DNA of 64,000 nucleotides from Vitrella brassicaformis CCMP3155 (taxonomy: Eukaryota; Protista; Chromerida). A model generated the notes under the pieces. That model saw only the letters and a program-made list of their open reading frames with translations. It was not told the origin of the DNA and did no database searches. The first letter of the stretch is position 1. Each line of letters starts with the position of its first letter. The stretch is from positions 1 through 64,000 of the forward strand of contig CDMY01000429.1 in the NCBI GenBank assembly GCA_001179505.1, given 5' to 3'. This document shows positions 63,786 to 64,000 of the stretch, one piece after another. The position numbers and the translations under genes were made by a program.

Positions 63786-64000
63786 CCTCCAACAATTCAC
63801 GTGAATGGAAGCAATGTCTGCTGCTGCTTGACCTGTCCAGACAAACGAACATCAGTGAAACCGGAGACGTATCTGGCGATCGACACTGCACCTGTGATGC
63901 GGGCCTGTGTGCCGTGATGGTCTTTGTTTGACGATTTTCGCTTTGGATTGCTCCGATGGTGCGATGGGGTAGCTGCCCTGCTCAAATGGGTTTGTGTATG

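Overview
Eukaryotic, intron-rich, GC-rich genomic DNA with five placeholder gaps of exactly 300 N. Short introns full of (GT)n/(GTCT)n/(GATG)n microsatellites, bipartite signal+transit leaders and a plastid-type HU gene point to a chromerid alveolate, most likely Vitrella brassicaformis (inference, no search run). I assembled exons by hand using splice sites and phase, so boundaries are approximate. The left ~17 kb is an accessory block of secreted proteins: a two-domain protein with CCC cysteine motifs, a two-module protein of unknown family, a large multi-exon secreted protein, and a signal-peptide protein ending in a phage-tail-type intramolecular chaperone (peptidase S74/ICA) domain. That S74 gene has an internally deleted second copy and is followed by a ~1.5-kb tandem repeat array. 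The rest of the window holds a secreted ankyrin protein, an F-box-like/RING-CH/TM protein, a PTS2 acyl-CoA dehydrogenase, a coiled-coil protein, a SET (LSMT-like) and a CS-domain protein that both look plastid-targeted, an FAD monooxygenase, two kinase-ankyrin paralogues, a PTS1 acyl-CoA oxidase, an SR-type RRM splicing factor, plastid HU and a JmjC-like gene. Strongest leads: the spliced, secreted S74 autoprocessing protein; complementary (AC)n...(GT)n tracts at intron ends; ankyrin-cassette shuffling; the F-box/RING-CH fusion. No tRNA, rRNA or CRISPR array was seen.
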